Assembly: GCA_029977665.1 (NCBI GenBank)
Contig: JAPOKK010000001.1
Location: forward strand, 1-57,979
Length of the DNA stretch: 57,979 nucleotides
DNA from: Pseudomonadota bacterium
GTDB taxonomy: Bacteria; Pseudomonadota; Gammaproteobacteria; Ga0077536
Reading direction: 5' to 3'
Part shown: in pieces, positions 1 through 11,270 of the stretch
Numbering within the stretch: the stretch's first letter is position 1
Layout: each line of letters starts with the position of its first letter
Program-made: the position numbers and the translations under genes
The notes under the pieces: generated by a model
What the model was told of the DNA's origin: nothing
What the model saw: the letters and a program-made list of their open reading frames with translations, nothing else
Database searches by the model: none

Positions 1-1
1 C

Positions 2-430
2 ACGCAAAGACTGAGCCCTATGGCAACCGCTATCAGTTTGATTCTTCAGAACCCTGCCCTTGCCGTGGCTATTCCTCTTCCACAAGGTCTCCGATCGCAC
101 CCAGAAAAACGCGGCTTTGAGTTACTTAAAACTCTCTATGAGATAGCAAGCGCTCACCACAATATGAATACGGCGGCTTTACTGGAACGCTTTCGTGACC
201 ATGAAGACCTGGTAACCCTTGAACGGCTCGCGGCCAAGGATCATCTTTTGGAAGAGATCGACTTTGAGCCTTTTTTGAAAGAGACCCTGAATACGCTGCA
301 GGACCAAGCGATCGGGGAATCGATCGACCTGCTGGTTAAGCAGGCAAGCCGAGGGGAGCTGGATGAACCCGCCAAACGCCAGCTTGCAAACCTCTACAGC
401 GAGCGCCAAAAACTACGGGGAATAGACTAA
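2..430 (+). CDS. dnaG: DNA primase DnaG, C-terminal fragment (5' end lies left of the window)
   Basis: Frame 2 is open from the window edge to TAA at 428-430. The product is a helical Leu/Glu-rich C-terminal domain. The gene lies immediately 5' of rpoD, as in the conserved rpsU-dnaG-rpoD operon. The call rests mainly on this synteny. Confidence 0.7.
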   Translation, partial: TQRLSPMATAISLILQNPALAVAIPLPQGLRSHPEKRGFELLKTLYEIASAHHNMNTAALLERFRDHEDLVTLERLAAKDHLLEEIDFEPFLKETLNTLQDQAIGESIDLLVKQASRGELDEPAKRQLANLYSERQKLRGID

Positions 431-526
431 AAAGCCTATAAAAAAGGCTAAATTGAACCTTCTCCGTGGTATACTTGATCGGTTTTCCGCTGTATTTCGT
501 TCCCACTCTCTTTTCAGGGGGCCTTT

Positions 527-2365
<1,839 letters not shown>

Positions 2366-2448
2366 CACGTTCGGAGGGGGTGTGCGGCCAATGCCGCCCA
2401 CCCCTGCCCCTTCGAGACCGGCGCGCAAGGTGCCGGCCGCTGTGCCCC

Positions 2449-2525
2449 GGGCCTGTAGCTCAGTTGGTTAGAGCAGGGGACTCATAATCCTTTGGTCGTA
2501 GGTTCAAGTCCTACCGGGCCCACCA
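2449..2525 (+). tRNA. tRNA with CAU anticodon, probably tRNA-Ile2 (lysidine-modified, ileX-like) rather than elongator tRNA-Met
   Basis: The 77-nt sequence GGGCCTGTAGCTCAGTTGGTTAGAGCAGGGGACTCATAATCCTTTGGTCGTAGGTTCAAGTCCTACCGGGCCCACCA folds as a cloverleaf. The acceptor stem is GGGCCTG/CGGGCCC, the anticodon loop is CTCATAA, the T-loop is GGTTCAAGTCC, and CCA is encoded. C4:G69 and C5:G68 match the acceptor-stem pairs I recall as TilS determinants. It sits downstream of rpoD, like E. coli ileX. Confidence 0.9.
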
Positions 2526-2650
2526 TCTAGGCACTTGCTCGTTGCGCCGCGAGTCGACCACCCCCCTGCCTGCTTACGGCTCGTAACTGGTCGCGCCCGA
2601 GGCGCCCGTTGCCACCGGTTCGCCGTGGCCGGCAGCCTGCCGCGAGCGCC

Positions 2651-3637
2651 TCAGTCTCCGACCAGTTGTGCCGCCGCCCTTCCGGCACGCGTCGCGGCGT
2701 GTCCCGGCGCACGCGGCAGCGCTGTCGATTCGCGCAGCAGCATGCCCGAAGCCGGATCGAGATGGGTGACGAAGAACTCGAGGAAGTCGCGGATCTTGCC
2801 GGCGATGTGATCGCGGCTGCCGTAGAGGGCGTAGACCGGCAGCGAGATCGGGGTGCCATCGACGAGGGTGACCTCGTCGAGTTCGCCGCGTTCGAGTTCC
2901 TCGATGACCGCGTAGCGTGGTACGTAGGTGACGCCGATGCCGCCGACCGTGGCTTCGATCACGGCCTCTGTGCTCAGGGACGAGAAGTTGCCGGACACGG
3001 CCTGCTCGACGCGGCCGCCGTCGCGCTCGAAATCCCAGCGACCGGTGTCTTGGATGGAACGGTCGACGATGCAGTTATGCGCCTCGAGTTGGGCACTGCG
3101 GGTTGGCGTCCCGGCGCGGGCCAGGTAGGACGGTGCCGCGCACAGCGCGAACGGCGCCCGCCCGACCTGGCGCGAGACCAGCGAGCTGTCGCGCAGCTTG
3201 CCGAGACGGAAGATGAGATCGAGGCGCGAAGCGATGACGTTCGGTTCGTCGTCCTGCAGCCCGAGTTCGACGCGGATGTCGACATACTGGCGCAGGAAGC
3301 CGGCGATGATCGGCGTCAGCACGTGCGTCCCGAAAGACGGCGGACAGTTCACGCGCAGCACGCCGCGCGGCCCGCTCGCCAGCGCGGTGACGGCGGTCTC
3401 GGTGTCGTCGATCTGCTGCAGGATCTCGATTGCGCGGCCGACGTAGAGTTCGCCCGCGTCGGTCAGCGAGACACCGCGCGTGGTCCGGTGAAGCAGGCGC
3501 ACATCGAGCTCGTCCTCGAGCTGCTTGACCTGTTTCGACATCATGCCAGGCGTCACCCCGAATTCCTTCGCGGCGGCCGAGAACGAGCCCAGCTTGGCCA
3601 CCGTGACCAGCGAGCGCATGTGTCCGAGCTTGTCCAT
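2651..3637 (-). CDS. LysR-family transcriptional regulator, 328 aa
   Basis: N-terminal winged HTH reads MRSLVTVAKLGSFSAAAKEFGVTPGMMSKQVKQLEDELDVRLLHRTTRGVSLTDAG. A LysR substrate-binding domain follows. Confidence 0.9.
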   Translation of the reverse strand: MDKLGHMRSLVTVAKLGSFSAAAKEFGVTPGMMSKQVKQLEDELDVRLLHRTTRGVSLTDAGELYVGRAIEILQQIDDTETAVTALASGPRGVLRVNCPPSFGTHVLTPIIAGFLRQYVDIRVELGLQDDEPNVIASRLDLIFRLGKLRDSSLVSRQVGRAPFALCAAPSYLARAGTPTRSAQLEAHNCIVDRSIQDTGRWDFERDGGRVEQAVSGNFSSLSTEAVIEATVGGIGVTYVPRYAVIEELERGELDEVTLVDGTPISLPVYALYGSRDHIAGKIRDFLEFFVTHLDPASGMLLRESTALPRAPGHAATRAGRAAAQLVGD

Positions 3638-3865
3638 GACTAAACACTATCCTTCGAGCAAGCGGCCTGCTGCCCGCAATTCCCGTGCGTGACGGCCCGC
3701 CCAGGGCCCCGCTGGCGCGTTCCGCGTGGCGGCCCACGATGTGCGCGGCCACCCGGCCCGCCGCGCCCTGGCAGAGCGTTGCTGCATTGCAACACCCTCG
3801 TGCAGCATAGGCCAGCACCGGGGAGCGATCAACGCGCACCATGTGCGGCCTGCCGCAAATCGAGG

Positions 3866-4684
3866 TCAGCGCACGCCGAGGATCCATCCCTCGAGTCGCG
3901 CCTGGCGCCGTTCCTTCAGCGTCAGCGGCGGGTTGAAATAATCGGCAAGCGCGCCGCGCGTGTCCATCTCGCGCAGCCAGCTCGCGACGACGAAGGCGTC
4001 GTGCTCGTCCGCGGTACGCCCGGCGCGCCCGTAACGGCGTCGGAACAGGGATGGAAAGACCTCGGCGACGACCGATTTACCCGGTTCGATGTCGAAACCG
4101 TCGAACGGCCAGAAATGGGTCCTTGCGCGGATGCGGGGCTCGCGGCGCAACTGGTGCAGCCAGGGGATGCCGGCGTGGGTGGATTTCGCGACCGAACCCT
4201 GCACGTCGAAATGGAACACGCTCTTGGCGCCGGCTGTCCAGCGTTCGCACAGGCGCAGTTCACTGGCGTCACCGCCGACGGGATTGTCGCGCCGCGCAAA
4301 CTCGACGTGCATGTGATCGAAATCGGTGCGCCAGCGTGAGCAGAAATGGCCGAGGAACGCGTCCCAGCTCGCAAGGTCATGGCGCTCGAAGTAGCCGAGC
4401 GGGAAGGCGAAGCCGTGGTCGATGCCGATGATGCACGGCGCGTCGCCCAGCAGGCACTCGCGCAGGTAGCGCCCCACCTCCTTGCGACACCAGTTGCGCG
4501 CGCCGCGATCATAGGGCTGCACGGCGTCCACTGCGCCGGCGCCGGCGCAAGCGTAGACCTGCAGCGCGCGCAGGCGCGAAACCGGCGCCTCGGCGCCCGA
4601 ATAGTCGATGCCGACATAGCGCGCGAACTGGGTCATGGGCTCCACCGTGACGCGGGCGTCGATTTTCTTCAGCAGCGCGGTCAT
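3866..4684 (-). CDS. conserved hypothetical protein, 272 aa (two GID motifs; fold not assigned)
   Basis: Start MTALLKKIDAR at 4684 overlaps the chaC stop as ATGA. The 505-aa track ORF upstream of this Met is Arg-rich and overlaps chaC in another frame. Motifs seen are YVGIDYSGA, IIGIDHGFAFP, AEVFPS and ADEHDAFV. Confidence 0.6.
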   Translation of the reverse strand: MTALLKKIDARVTVEPMTQFARYVGIDYSGAEAPVSRLRALQVYACAGAGAVDAVQPYDRGARNWCRKEVGRYLRECLLGDAPCIIGIDHGFAFPLGYFERHDLASWDAFLGHFCSRWRTDFDHMHVEFARRDNPVGGDASELRLCERWTAGAKSVFHFDVQGSVAKSTHAGIPWLHQLRREPRIRARTHFWPFDGFDIEPGKSVVAEVFPSLFRRRYGRAGRTADEHDAFVVASWLREMDTRGALADYFNPPLTLKERRQARLEGWILGVR

Positions 4685-5226
4685 CGCGCCGCCGTGTGCC
4701 GGATCATGCCGTCGCCCGCTTCGACCGCGGCATGCAGGCTCGCCACCTCGTCGTCCTCGATGCCGAGTTCGAGCAGCGTCGCCGCGAGGCGCGCGAGGTA
4801 TTCGCGGTTCGAACCGCTGGGCCCGTGGGCACGCGCGATCTGCGCCGCCATCGCGCCGAGCGGCGCCGGTCCGGCAAAACTCGGGTTGTCGGGACCGGCG
4901 ATGTAGGTCAGCGCCTCGGCCGCACTGCCGTCGTCGAACTCGAGAGTCACGGCATGCGCGTCGTAACCGTTCTTCTCGCGCTCGTCGAGCATCGCGACGA
5001 TGGCCTCGAAGTGCGCCGCTTCGGCCTGGAAGGCGACGCCCCAGCAGGTCGCCGCGGCATCGGCCACCAGCGTCACCACCCGGCCCGGGGCGGCAGGCAC
5101 ACCGCGATGATCGGGCGAGGCCTGCCAGAAGCGCCGCCGCCAGCCGCGCACGGCCGCCTTGCGCGATGACGTGTAGGGGAAGTCGGGCCGCCAGATGAGC
5201 GATCCGTAACCGAAGATCCAATGCAT
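4681..5226 (-). CDS. chaC: ChaC-family gamma-glutamylcyclotransferase (glutathione-specific type)
   Basis: MHWIFGYGSLIWRPDFPY is the ChaC/GGCT signature N-terminus. The start is taken at MHW (5226). An in-frame ATG 10 codons upstream (5256) is possible. Confidence 0.85.
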   Translation of the reverse strand: MHWIFGYGSLIWRPDFPYTSSRKAAVRGWRRRFWQASPDHRGVPAAPGRVVTLVADAAATCWGVAFQAEAAHFEAIVAMLDEREKNGYDAHAVTLEFDDGSAAEALTYIAGPDNPSFAGPAPLGAMAAQIARAHGPSGSNREYLARLAATLLELGIEDDEVASLHAAVEAGDGMIRHTAAR

Positions 5227-5328
5227 GTCGTGTCTCTGCGCGGCGCGCCGGGTCACCGGTTGCCGCTCCTGCCCGAAGCGTTGACAATGAGGCGCAGTAT
5301 CTTACGCGCTCGCGGTCCGCCCTTCGAT

Positions 5329-5350
5329 GCCAGTGCGCCAACGCACTGGC
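5329..5350. promoter_or_regulatory. perfect 9-bp-stem hairpin or palindrome GCCAGTGCG-CCAA-CGCACTGGC, 39 nt upstream of ugpQ
   Basis: The inverted repeat is read directly from the sequence. It lies in the divergent chaC/ugpQ intergenic region. It could be an operator or a 5'-UTR structure. Confidence 0.4.
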
Positions 5351-5388
5351 GGCTGTGGCCTGCCGCGCCCGGAACTCCAGCACCCATC

Positions 5389-6108
5389 ATGCTCGTCATC
5401 GGTCATCGCGGCGCCGCCGGTCACGTCGCCGAGAACACGCTCGGCTCGATGCGCCGGGCGCTCGCCCTCGGCGTCGACGGCATCGAGTTCGACGTACGTC
5501 ACTGCGGCGACCGCCTCGTGGTCCTGCACGATGCGACGCTCGAACGCACCACCGACGGTCACGGCACGTGCCGTGACCTGCCCCTCGCCGAGTTGCGCGC
5601 GCTGCACACGGCCAACGGTGAACGCGTGCCGCTGCTCGAAGAAGTCCTCGCGCTCGTCACAGGTTGCGCGCCGATCAACGTCGAGATCAAGGAAGGCGAG
5701 CTCGCCGACAGCGTGATCAGCGCACTAGAGCAATACTACGCGGCGACGCCGCGTGCGCTCGAAAGCGTGCTGTTGTCGACGTTCGACATCGCCGCCACCG
5801 CGCGCCTGGCCTCGCGCCGCGGACGCATGCGGCTCGGCGTGCTCTACGAGGAGGAGACATTCGCGCATGCCCTCGCACGGGCACGCGAGCTCGACGCCGA
5901 TTCCATCCACCTGCCGCTCGAGGACGTCGCGTCCGCGACGGTCACCGCGGCACGCGACGCCGGCCTCGTTGTCTACGTCTACACCGTCAACGAGGCGGCC
6001 GACATCGCGCACTGCCATGCCTGTGGTGTCGACGGCGTGTTTTCCGATTTCCCCGACCGCGTGATCGCATTCAACCGCGATCACGGCGACAAGGAGACGC
6101 AACGATGA
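5389..6108 (+). CDS. ugpQ: cytoplasmic glycerophosphodiester phosphodiesterase
   Basis: [20 protein letters not shown]...GVDGIEFDV is the GDPD signature. There is no signal peptide. The stop overlaps the glpK start (ATGA). Confidence 0.85.
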   Translation: MLVIGHRGAAGHVAENTLGSMRRALALGVDGIEFDVRHCGDRLVVLHDATLERTTDGHGTCRDLPLAELRALHTANGERVPLLEEVLALVTGCAPINVEIKEGELADSVISALEQYYAATPRALESVLLSTFDIAATARLASRRGRMRLGVLYEEETFAHALARARELDADSIHLPLEDVASATVTAARDAGLVVYVYTVNEAADIAHCHACGVDGVFSDFPDRVIAFNRDHGDKETQR

Positions 6109-7592
6109 GCGTGCTGCTCGCACTCGACCAGGGCACCACCAGCTCGCGCGCGCTGGTATTCGATGCCGCCGGCCACCAGCTCGCGCTCGCGCGTGAGGAG
6201 TTTCCGCAGATCTTCCCGCAGCCGGGCTGGGTAGAACACGACCCGAACACGATCCTGTCGAGCCAGGTCACCGTGGCGCAGGCGGCGCTCGCGGAGGCCG
6301 GGGTCAGCGCACGCGACGTCGCCGCCATCGGTATCACCAACCAGCGCGAGACCTGCCTGCTGTGGGAACGCGCCAGCGGACGCCCCTGCGGCAACGCGCT
6401 GGTCTGGCAGGACCGCCGCACCGCGGCGCTGTGCGCGGAAATGCGCGCGGACGGCGCCGAGGAACTCGTCGCCGCGCGCTCGGGCCTGGTCGTCGATCCC
6501 TACTTCTCGGCGTCCAAGCTGCGCTGGCTGCTCGACCAGGACGCCACGCTACGCGCCCGCGCCGGGCGTGGCGAACTCGCCTTCGGCACCATCGACAGCT
6601 GGCTCGTGTGGCACCTGAGCGATGGGCGCGAACATCTCACCGATGCCACGAACGCCTCGCGCACCGGGCTCTACGACATCCATCGCGGCGACTGGGACGA
6701 GGAACTGCTGGCCTTGTGGCAGGTGCCGCGCGAAGTGCTGCCGCGCGTGGTCGATACCGCCGGTGTGTGCGCCACGACCAGCGCGCTCGGCGCCGAGATA
6801 CCCATCGCCGGCATCGCCGGCGACCAGCAGGCGGCACTGTTCGGCCAGGCCTGTTTCCAACCCGGCATGGCGAAATGCACCTACGGAACCGGCTGTTTCC
6901 TGCTGCTCGTCACCGGCACCCAGGCGCCGCGCTCGCGCCATCGCATGCTCACCACCATCGCCAGCCGCATCGCGGGCGAGACCCACTACGCGCTGGAAGG
7001 CAGCGTCTTCATGGGTGGTGCCACGGTGCAGTGGTTGCGCGACGGCCTCGGCATCATCACTACGGCTGCCGAAGTCGAAGCGCTCGCGGCGAGCGTGCCG
7101 GACAGCGATGGCGTGGTGCTGGTGCCCGCCTTCACCGGGCTCGGCGCACCGCACTGGGACGCCGACGCGCGCGCGCTGCTGATCGGCATGACGCGCGGCA
7201 CGACGCGCGCTCACATCGCGCGCGCGGCGCTCGACGGCATCGCCTGCCAGGTCGCCGATCTCGCCTCGGCCATGAGTGCCGATGCCGGGCTCGCGCCAGG
7301 GGAGCTGCGCGTCGACGGTGGCGCGAGCAACGACGATCTCCTCATGCAGATCCAGGCCGACCTGCTCGACCTGCCGCTGGTGCGTCCGCGCGAGAGCGAG
7401 TGCACGGCATTCGGCGCGGCGATGCTCGCCGGTCTCGGCGTCGGCCTCTACGGCGACCGCGAGTCGGCAGCCGCGGCGTGGCAGGCCGAACACCACTTCA
7501 CGCCGGCGATAGACGCGGCACAGCGCGCCGCGCACCTCGAGCGCTGGCGCCGCGCGGTGGCACTGACCGGGGGCTGGGCGCGCTCTGCATGA
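6105..7592 (+). CDS. glpK: glycerol kinase, 495 aa
   Basis: [20 protein letters not shown]...GWVEHDP...[13 protein letters not shown] are FGGY kinase motifs typical of GlpK. ATGA overlaps are present at both ends. Confidence 0.95.
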   Translation: MSVLLALDQGTTSSRALVFDAAGHQLALAREEFPQIFPQPGWVEHDPNTILSSQVTVAQAALAEAGVSARDVAAIGITNQRETCLLWERASGRPCGNALVWQDRRTAALCAEMRADGAEELVAARSGLVVDPYFSASKLRWLLDQDATLRARAGRGELAFGTIDSWLVWHLSDGREHLTDATNASRTGLYDIHRGDWDEELLALWQVPREVLPRVVDTAGVCATTSALGAEIPIAGIAGDQQAALFGQACFQPGMAKCTYGTGCFLLLVTGTQAPRSRHRMLTTIASRIAGETHYALEGSVFMGGATVQWLRDGLGIITTAAEVEALAASVPDSDGVVLVPAFTGLGAPHWDADARALLIGMTRGTTRAHIARAALDGIACQVADLASAMSADAGLAPGELRVDGGASNDDLLMQIQADLLDLPLVRPRESECTAFGAAMLAGLGVGLYGDRESAAAAWQAEHHFTPAIDAAQRAAHLERWRRAVALTGGWARSA

Positions 7593-9157
7593 GCGGCGCG
7601 CGCGACGCCATGCAGGCCGCGCTCGACGCGCGGCGCGAACCGTTCGACGTCGCCGTCATCGGCGGCGGCGCCCACGGCGCCGGCATCGCGCTCGACTGCG
7701 CCAGCCGCGGCTACAGCGTCGCCTTGTTCGAACGCGACGACTTCGCGGCGGGCACCTCGTCCCGCTCGAGTAAGTTGATCCACGGCGGTCTGCGTTACGT
7801 CGGCCTGGGACAATGGGGACTGGTGCGCGAAGCCCTCGCCGAGCGTGCGAGGTTGATCGCCAACGCGCCGGCGATCGTCGCTCCCCTGGGCTTCGTCGTG
7901 CCGCTCTACGGCCTCGTCGACGCGCTCAAGTTCCCGCTCGGACTGTGGCTCTACGACCGCCTGGCCGGGCGCGCCCGCCTCACTCCGAGCCGCCGCATCA
8001 GTCGCGACAGCGCGCTTGCCCGCGCGCCCGGACTGGTGCCGGACGCGCTGCGTGGCGCGGCCTGCTACAGCGATGCCGGCTTCGACGACGCGCGCCTCGT
8101 GCAGGCCCTGCTCGCCCGCGCGCGCGCACTCGGCGCGGTGACGCTCAACCATGCCGAAGTCGTCGGCCTCGACCGCGCGCACGGCGCGCGCCTCGCCGGC
8201 GTCACCGTGCGCGATCGCGAAACGGATGCCACGCGCGAGATCGCCGCACGTGTCGTCGTCAACGCCGCCGGTCCCTGGAGCGACCGGGTGCGCGGCCTGG
8301 GTGGACGTGCAGGCGCCGCCGGCGTGACGCCGAGCCAGGGCGCGCACGTCGTCGTGCCGGCGCGCTTTCTCGGCGGCGCCGAGGCACTGGTGTTTCCGCA
8401 CACGCCGGACGGCCGCATCATGTTCGCAATTCCCTGGCAGGGTCACACCCTGCTCGGCACCACCGACACCGCGGTCGAACTGCAGTCGGACAACCCGCGC
8501 CCGCTGGCGCGCGAGGTCGACGAGATCCTCGCCGTCGCCGCGCGCTACCTCGACCCGGCGCCGACCCGCGCCGACGTGCTGAGCGTGTTCGCCGGCCTGC
8601 GCCCGCTGGCCGGCGCACCGGATGATGCGGGCACCGCACAGCGCTCGCGCGAGCACCGTCTGGACGTCGGCGCGGACGGCCTGGTCACGGTGAGCGGCGG
8701 CAAGTGGACCACGTATCGGCTGATCGCCGAACAGGCCGTCGACCTGGCCGCCGAGGCTGCCGGGCTGCCGTCGCGCCCGTCACGTACCGCGACGCTCCCG
8801 ATCGCGCCGCTGGCTGCCGGGGTCGATCCACGCTACGCCGCCTACGGCGAAGACGCGCACGCCGTCGCCGCCATCGCCGCCACCGATCCCGAGCTCGGCG
8901 TGCCGCTGCACGAGAACCTGCCCGGCACCGGCGCCGACTACGTGTGGGCGGCGCGCGCCGCACTCGCGGTGCACGTCAGCGATGTCCTCGCCTACCACAC
9001 CCGCGCGCTGTTCCTCGATGCCGCCGCCGCATCGGCCATCGCGCCGCGCGTGGCACGCCTGCTCGCCGCCGAACTCGGCCACGGCGCCGACTGGATCGCG
9101 CGCGAGACGGCCGCGGCACAAGCGGCGGCGGCGGCCTTCTCGCTCGACGCAACGTAA
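7589..9157 (+). CDS. glpD: FAD-dependent glycerol-3-phosphate dehydrogenase, 522 aa
   Basis: [52 protein letters not shown] matches the GlpD N-terminal dinucleotide fold and signature. Confidence 0.92.
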   Translation: MSGARDAMQAALDARREPFDVAVIGGGAHGAGIALDCASRGYSVALFERDDFAAGTSSRSSKLIHGGLRYVGLGQWGLVREALAERARLIANAPAIVAPLGFVVPLYGLVDALKFPLGLWLYDRLAGRARLTPSRRISRDSALARAPGLVPDALRGAACYSDAGFDDARLVQALLARARALGAVTLNHAEVVGLDRAHGARLAGVTVRDRETDATREIAARVVVNAAGPWSDRVRGLGGRAGAAGVTPSQGAHVVVPARFLGGAEALVFPHTPDGRIMFAIPWQGHTLLGTTDTAVELQSDNPRPLAREVDEILAVAARYLDPAPTRADVLSVFAGLRPLAGAPDDAGTAQRSREHRLDVGADGLVTVSGGKWTTYRLIAEQAVDLAAEAAGLPSRPSRTATLPIAPLAAGVDPRYAAYGEDAHAVAAIAATDPELGVPLHENLPGTGADYVWAARAALAVHVSDVLAYHTRALFLDAAAASAIAPRVARLLAAELGHGADWIARETAAAQAAAAAFSLDAT

Positions 9158-9264
9158 CCCGTGACATGGCGCGGCGCCGCGTCCCGAGCCGCCGGAACCG
9201 GCAGGGGTTCAGGTACGCGACTGCATTGCGACTGCCTGGCACGGCCGGCAGCGCGACAAGGACC

Positions 9265-10191
9265 TCATTCCCATTCGAGTTCGCGAAACGCGCGGCTGAC
9301 GTTGACCGCGTGGGCTCGCTCGGTCAGCGCGAAGCCCGCCCGCGCCTCGCTGGCAATGTCGTCACGCGCGTCCTCGATGAACGCGCCCGCGGCGATCGCC
9401 TGGCGGGTGTCGTCGCGTAGAGCTTCGAGATACACGAGCTGGGCGTCGGCGCCGCGCGGCCAGTCGTGATCGACGGGCCCATGGCCGGGGACGACGTGAG
9501 CGTAGTCCGCGGCCCGCGCCTGCTGCATCCAGGCGAGCCAGCCCTTGAGGCTGCCGTCGATGATCGGCAGGCGGTCGCGGAACAGGAGATCACCCGTCCA
9601 CAGCGTGTTGGTCGTGACGTCGTGCACGGTGAGATCGGTCGTGGTGTGGGCCCGCCCGACCGCGCGCAGCACCAGCGTGCGTCCCCCGAGATCGAGTTCG
9701 AGACTGTCCTCGACGAGCTGGTCGGGACCGATCACGAGCGCTTCGTTGCCCGGACCGCCGAGTTCCTCGGCGAACTGCTCGGCGAAGTAGGCGCGGTTGG
9801 CGGTCATGACCTCGGCCAGCTCATGGTGGCCGGTGAACCGCGCTTCGCCCCCGGTGAACGCGGCGTTGCCGAGCACGTGGTCGAAGTGGACGTGGGTGTT
9901 GATGACGTAGCACACCGGGGTATCGCTCGTCGCGGCAATGGCCGCCGCCAAGGCACGGCCGGTCACCACCGCACCACCGCTGTCGATGACCGCGGTACAG
10001 CGCTCGCCGACGACGAAGCCGATGTTGGCGCTGTCCGCGCGCGCCGGCGATTCCAGACCGGCGAGTGCGCCATGGTGCACGTAGACGCCCGGGGCAATCT
10101 CGCTCAACGCGAACGACGCGCCCGACGCGGCGGCGTACGGCGCCACGCCAAACAGCAACGCGGCGGCGAGATGACGGATGCAGGCGGACAT
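9265..10191 (-). CDS. secreted metallo-beta-lactamase-fold hydrolase, 308 aa
   Basis: Signal peptide is MSACIRHLAAALLFGVAPYAAASGA. The HxHxDH motif reads NTHVHFDHVLGN. Confidence 0.8.
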   Translation of the reverse strand: MSACIRHLAAALLFGVAPYAAASGASFALSEIAPGVYVHHGALAGLESPARADSANIGFVVGERCTAVIDSGGAVVTGRALAAAIAATSDTPVCYVINTHVHFDHVLGNAAFTGGEARFTGHHELAEVMTANRAYFAEQFAEELGGPGNEALVIGPDQLVEDSLELDLGGRTLVLRAVGRAHTTTDLTVHDVTTNTLWTGDLLFRDRLPIIDGSLKGWLAWMQQARAADYAHVVPGHGPVDHDWPRGADAQLVYLEALRDDTRQAIAAGAFIEDARDDIASEARAGFALTERAHAVNVSRAFRELEWE

Positions 10192-10264
10192 GCGGGGACT
10201 CCGGGAAGGACGGCGATATCCGATCATAGCCGCAGCCGACCGCGCCCGCAGCGCGCCCCGGTTC

Positions 10265-11122
10265 TCAGCTGTTGGCGACGTTGGCCAGCGTGCCGGCGCC
10301 GGTGTCGCGGGCGCGCGCGAGGTTGCCGTAGAGGTGGGCGAGGATGTCGCGACCATCGACGGTGGTTTCGAGCAGAGACACGGCGGCGCCGATGTAGGGC
10401 GCCACGTGGCGCTCGAAGAAGGCAGGATAGCCGGACAGCAGGTCGCCCGGCCGCTCGTAACCGGTGAGCTCGTTGAAGCCGATTTCCTCGAACTCGAAGA
10501 ACACCGCCGAGAGCTTGTTCAGGTAACGCGGGTCGCTGAGTTGGCCGATGAGATCCGCGGCCCGGACCAGGCCCGGGTAGTCATCGGTCTGCACGTACCA
10601 GGCGTCGGCCGGCACCGGGAAGCGGGTGCGCTCGATGCAGGCCTTGATGAAACCGACGTCGGCAAGCGGCTCGCGCGTGAACGCTTCTTCGACGAAGCGC
10701 TTGCCGCGGTTGACGTGAATAGGCATCAGGATGGCATCGCTGGAACCATCGACGTTGCGCATCGGCGGTCCGTCGCCACCGGTGGCGATGTGGTGCTCGG
10801 TATCGGCACGGCACAGGCCGCGCACGTAACCGATATCGTGGCACAACAGTGCAATGATCATGTTGGCCCACAGCGTCGGCGTGACGTCACCATCGCGCAG
10901 CTGGCGGGCGCGCGCGATCTCGAGTCCCACGAGCGTCACGTGGGCGGTGTGCTCGATGTTGTGGTAGAGCGCGTCGCTGCCGCTGATCGCGGAAAGCGCA
11001 CCTTCCACGGCGCGACCGACGACGTCGAGCACGTGCGCCGGCGCAGCCGGAAACAAGGCACGGTAGTGCGTCGTCGCCCGCTCGTTGACGATACCTGTGA
11101 GGACCTGTGTGACGTCTAACAT
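10265..11122 (-). CDS. HD-domain metal-dependent phosphohydrolase, 285 aa
   Basis: YHNIEHTAHV and LLCHDIGY form the H...HD motif pair. Confidence 0.75.
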   Translation of the reverse strand: MLDVTQVLTGIVNERATTHYRALFPAAPAHVLDVVGRAVEGALSAISGSDALYHNIEHTAHVTLVGLEIARARQLRDGDVTPTLWANMIIALLCHDIGYVRGLCRADTEHHIATGGDGPPMRNVDGSSDAILMPIHVNRGKRFVEEAFTREPLADVGFIKACIERTRFPVPADAWYVQTDDYPGLVRAADLIGQLSDPRYLNKLSAVFFEFEEIGFNELTGYERPGDLLSGYPAFFERHVAPYIGAAVSLLETTVDGRDILAHLYGNLARARDTGAGTLANVANS

Positions 11123-11270
11123 GTCCGGGTCTCGTCACGCTCGCAGTGGGTGCCTTACGGCGCGCCCCGGGCGCGCCGCGCAGCAGGTCAGGAAAATCAG
11201 TATATGCAGGCCATTTCAGGCTGTGATGTTAGAGCGGCCGATTTGTGACGGACTTGAACACCCCGCCCCG

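Noticed and set aside
2449-3900. A genomic island integrated at the tRNA(CAU) gene.
   Set aside because: I saw no integrase and no direct repeat of the tRNA 3' end downstream. The adjacent genes have the same composition as the rest of the window.
3866-5383. A 505-aa ORF treated as a single gene.
   Set aside because: Its N-terminal 233 codons are Arg-rich and overlap chaC in another frame. An internal Met at 4684 forms an ATGA junction with the chaC stop, and a normal-looking protein sequence follows. I split the ORF into two genes.
6362-9157. A 931-aa ORF suggesting a much longer GlpD. The 5664-7592 and 23511-25847 ORFs have similar N-terminal extensions.
   Set aside because: The extensions are Arg-rich and overlap the preceding genes. 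Internal Mets give canonical N-termini (a Rossmann fold for GlpD, DQGTTSSR for GlpK, MLINGQW for the aldehyde dehydrogenase) with ATGA coupling or an appropriate intergenic spacer.
11159-11177. GGCGCGCC-CCG-GGCGCGCC, a GC hairpin considered as the terminator of the RND pump 1 operon.
   Set aside because: The stem is plausible, but there is no U-tract on the relevant strand, and such GC palindromes are frequent in GC-rich DNA. I did not annotate it as a terminator.
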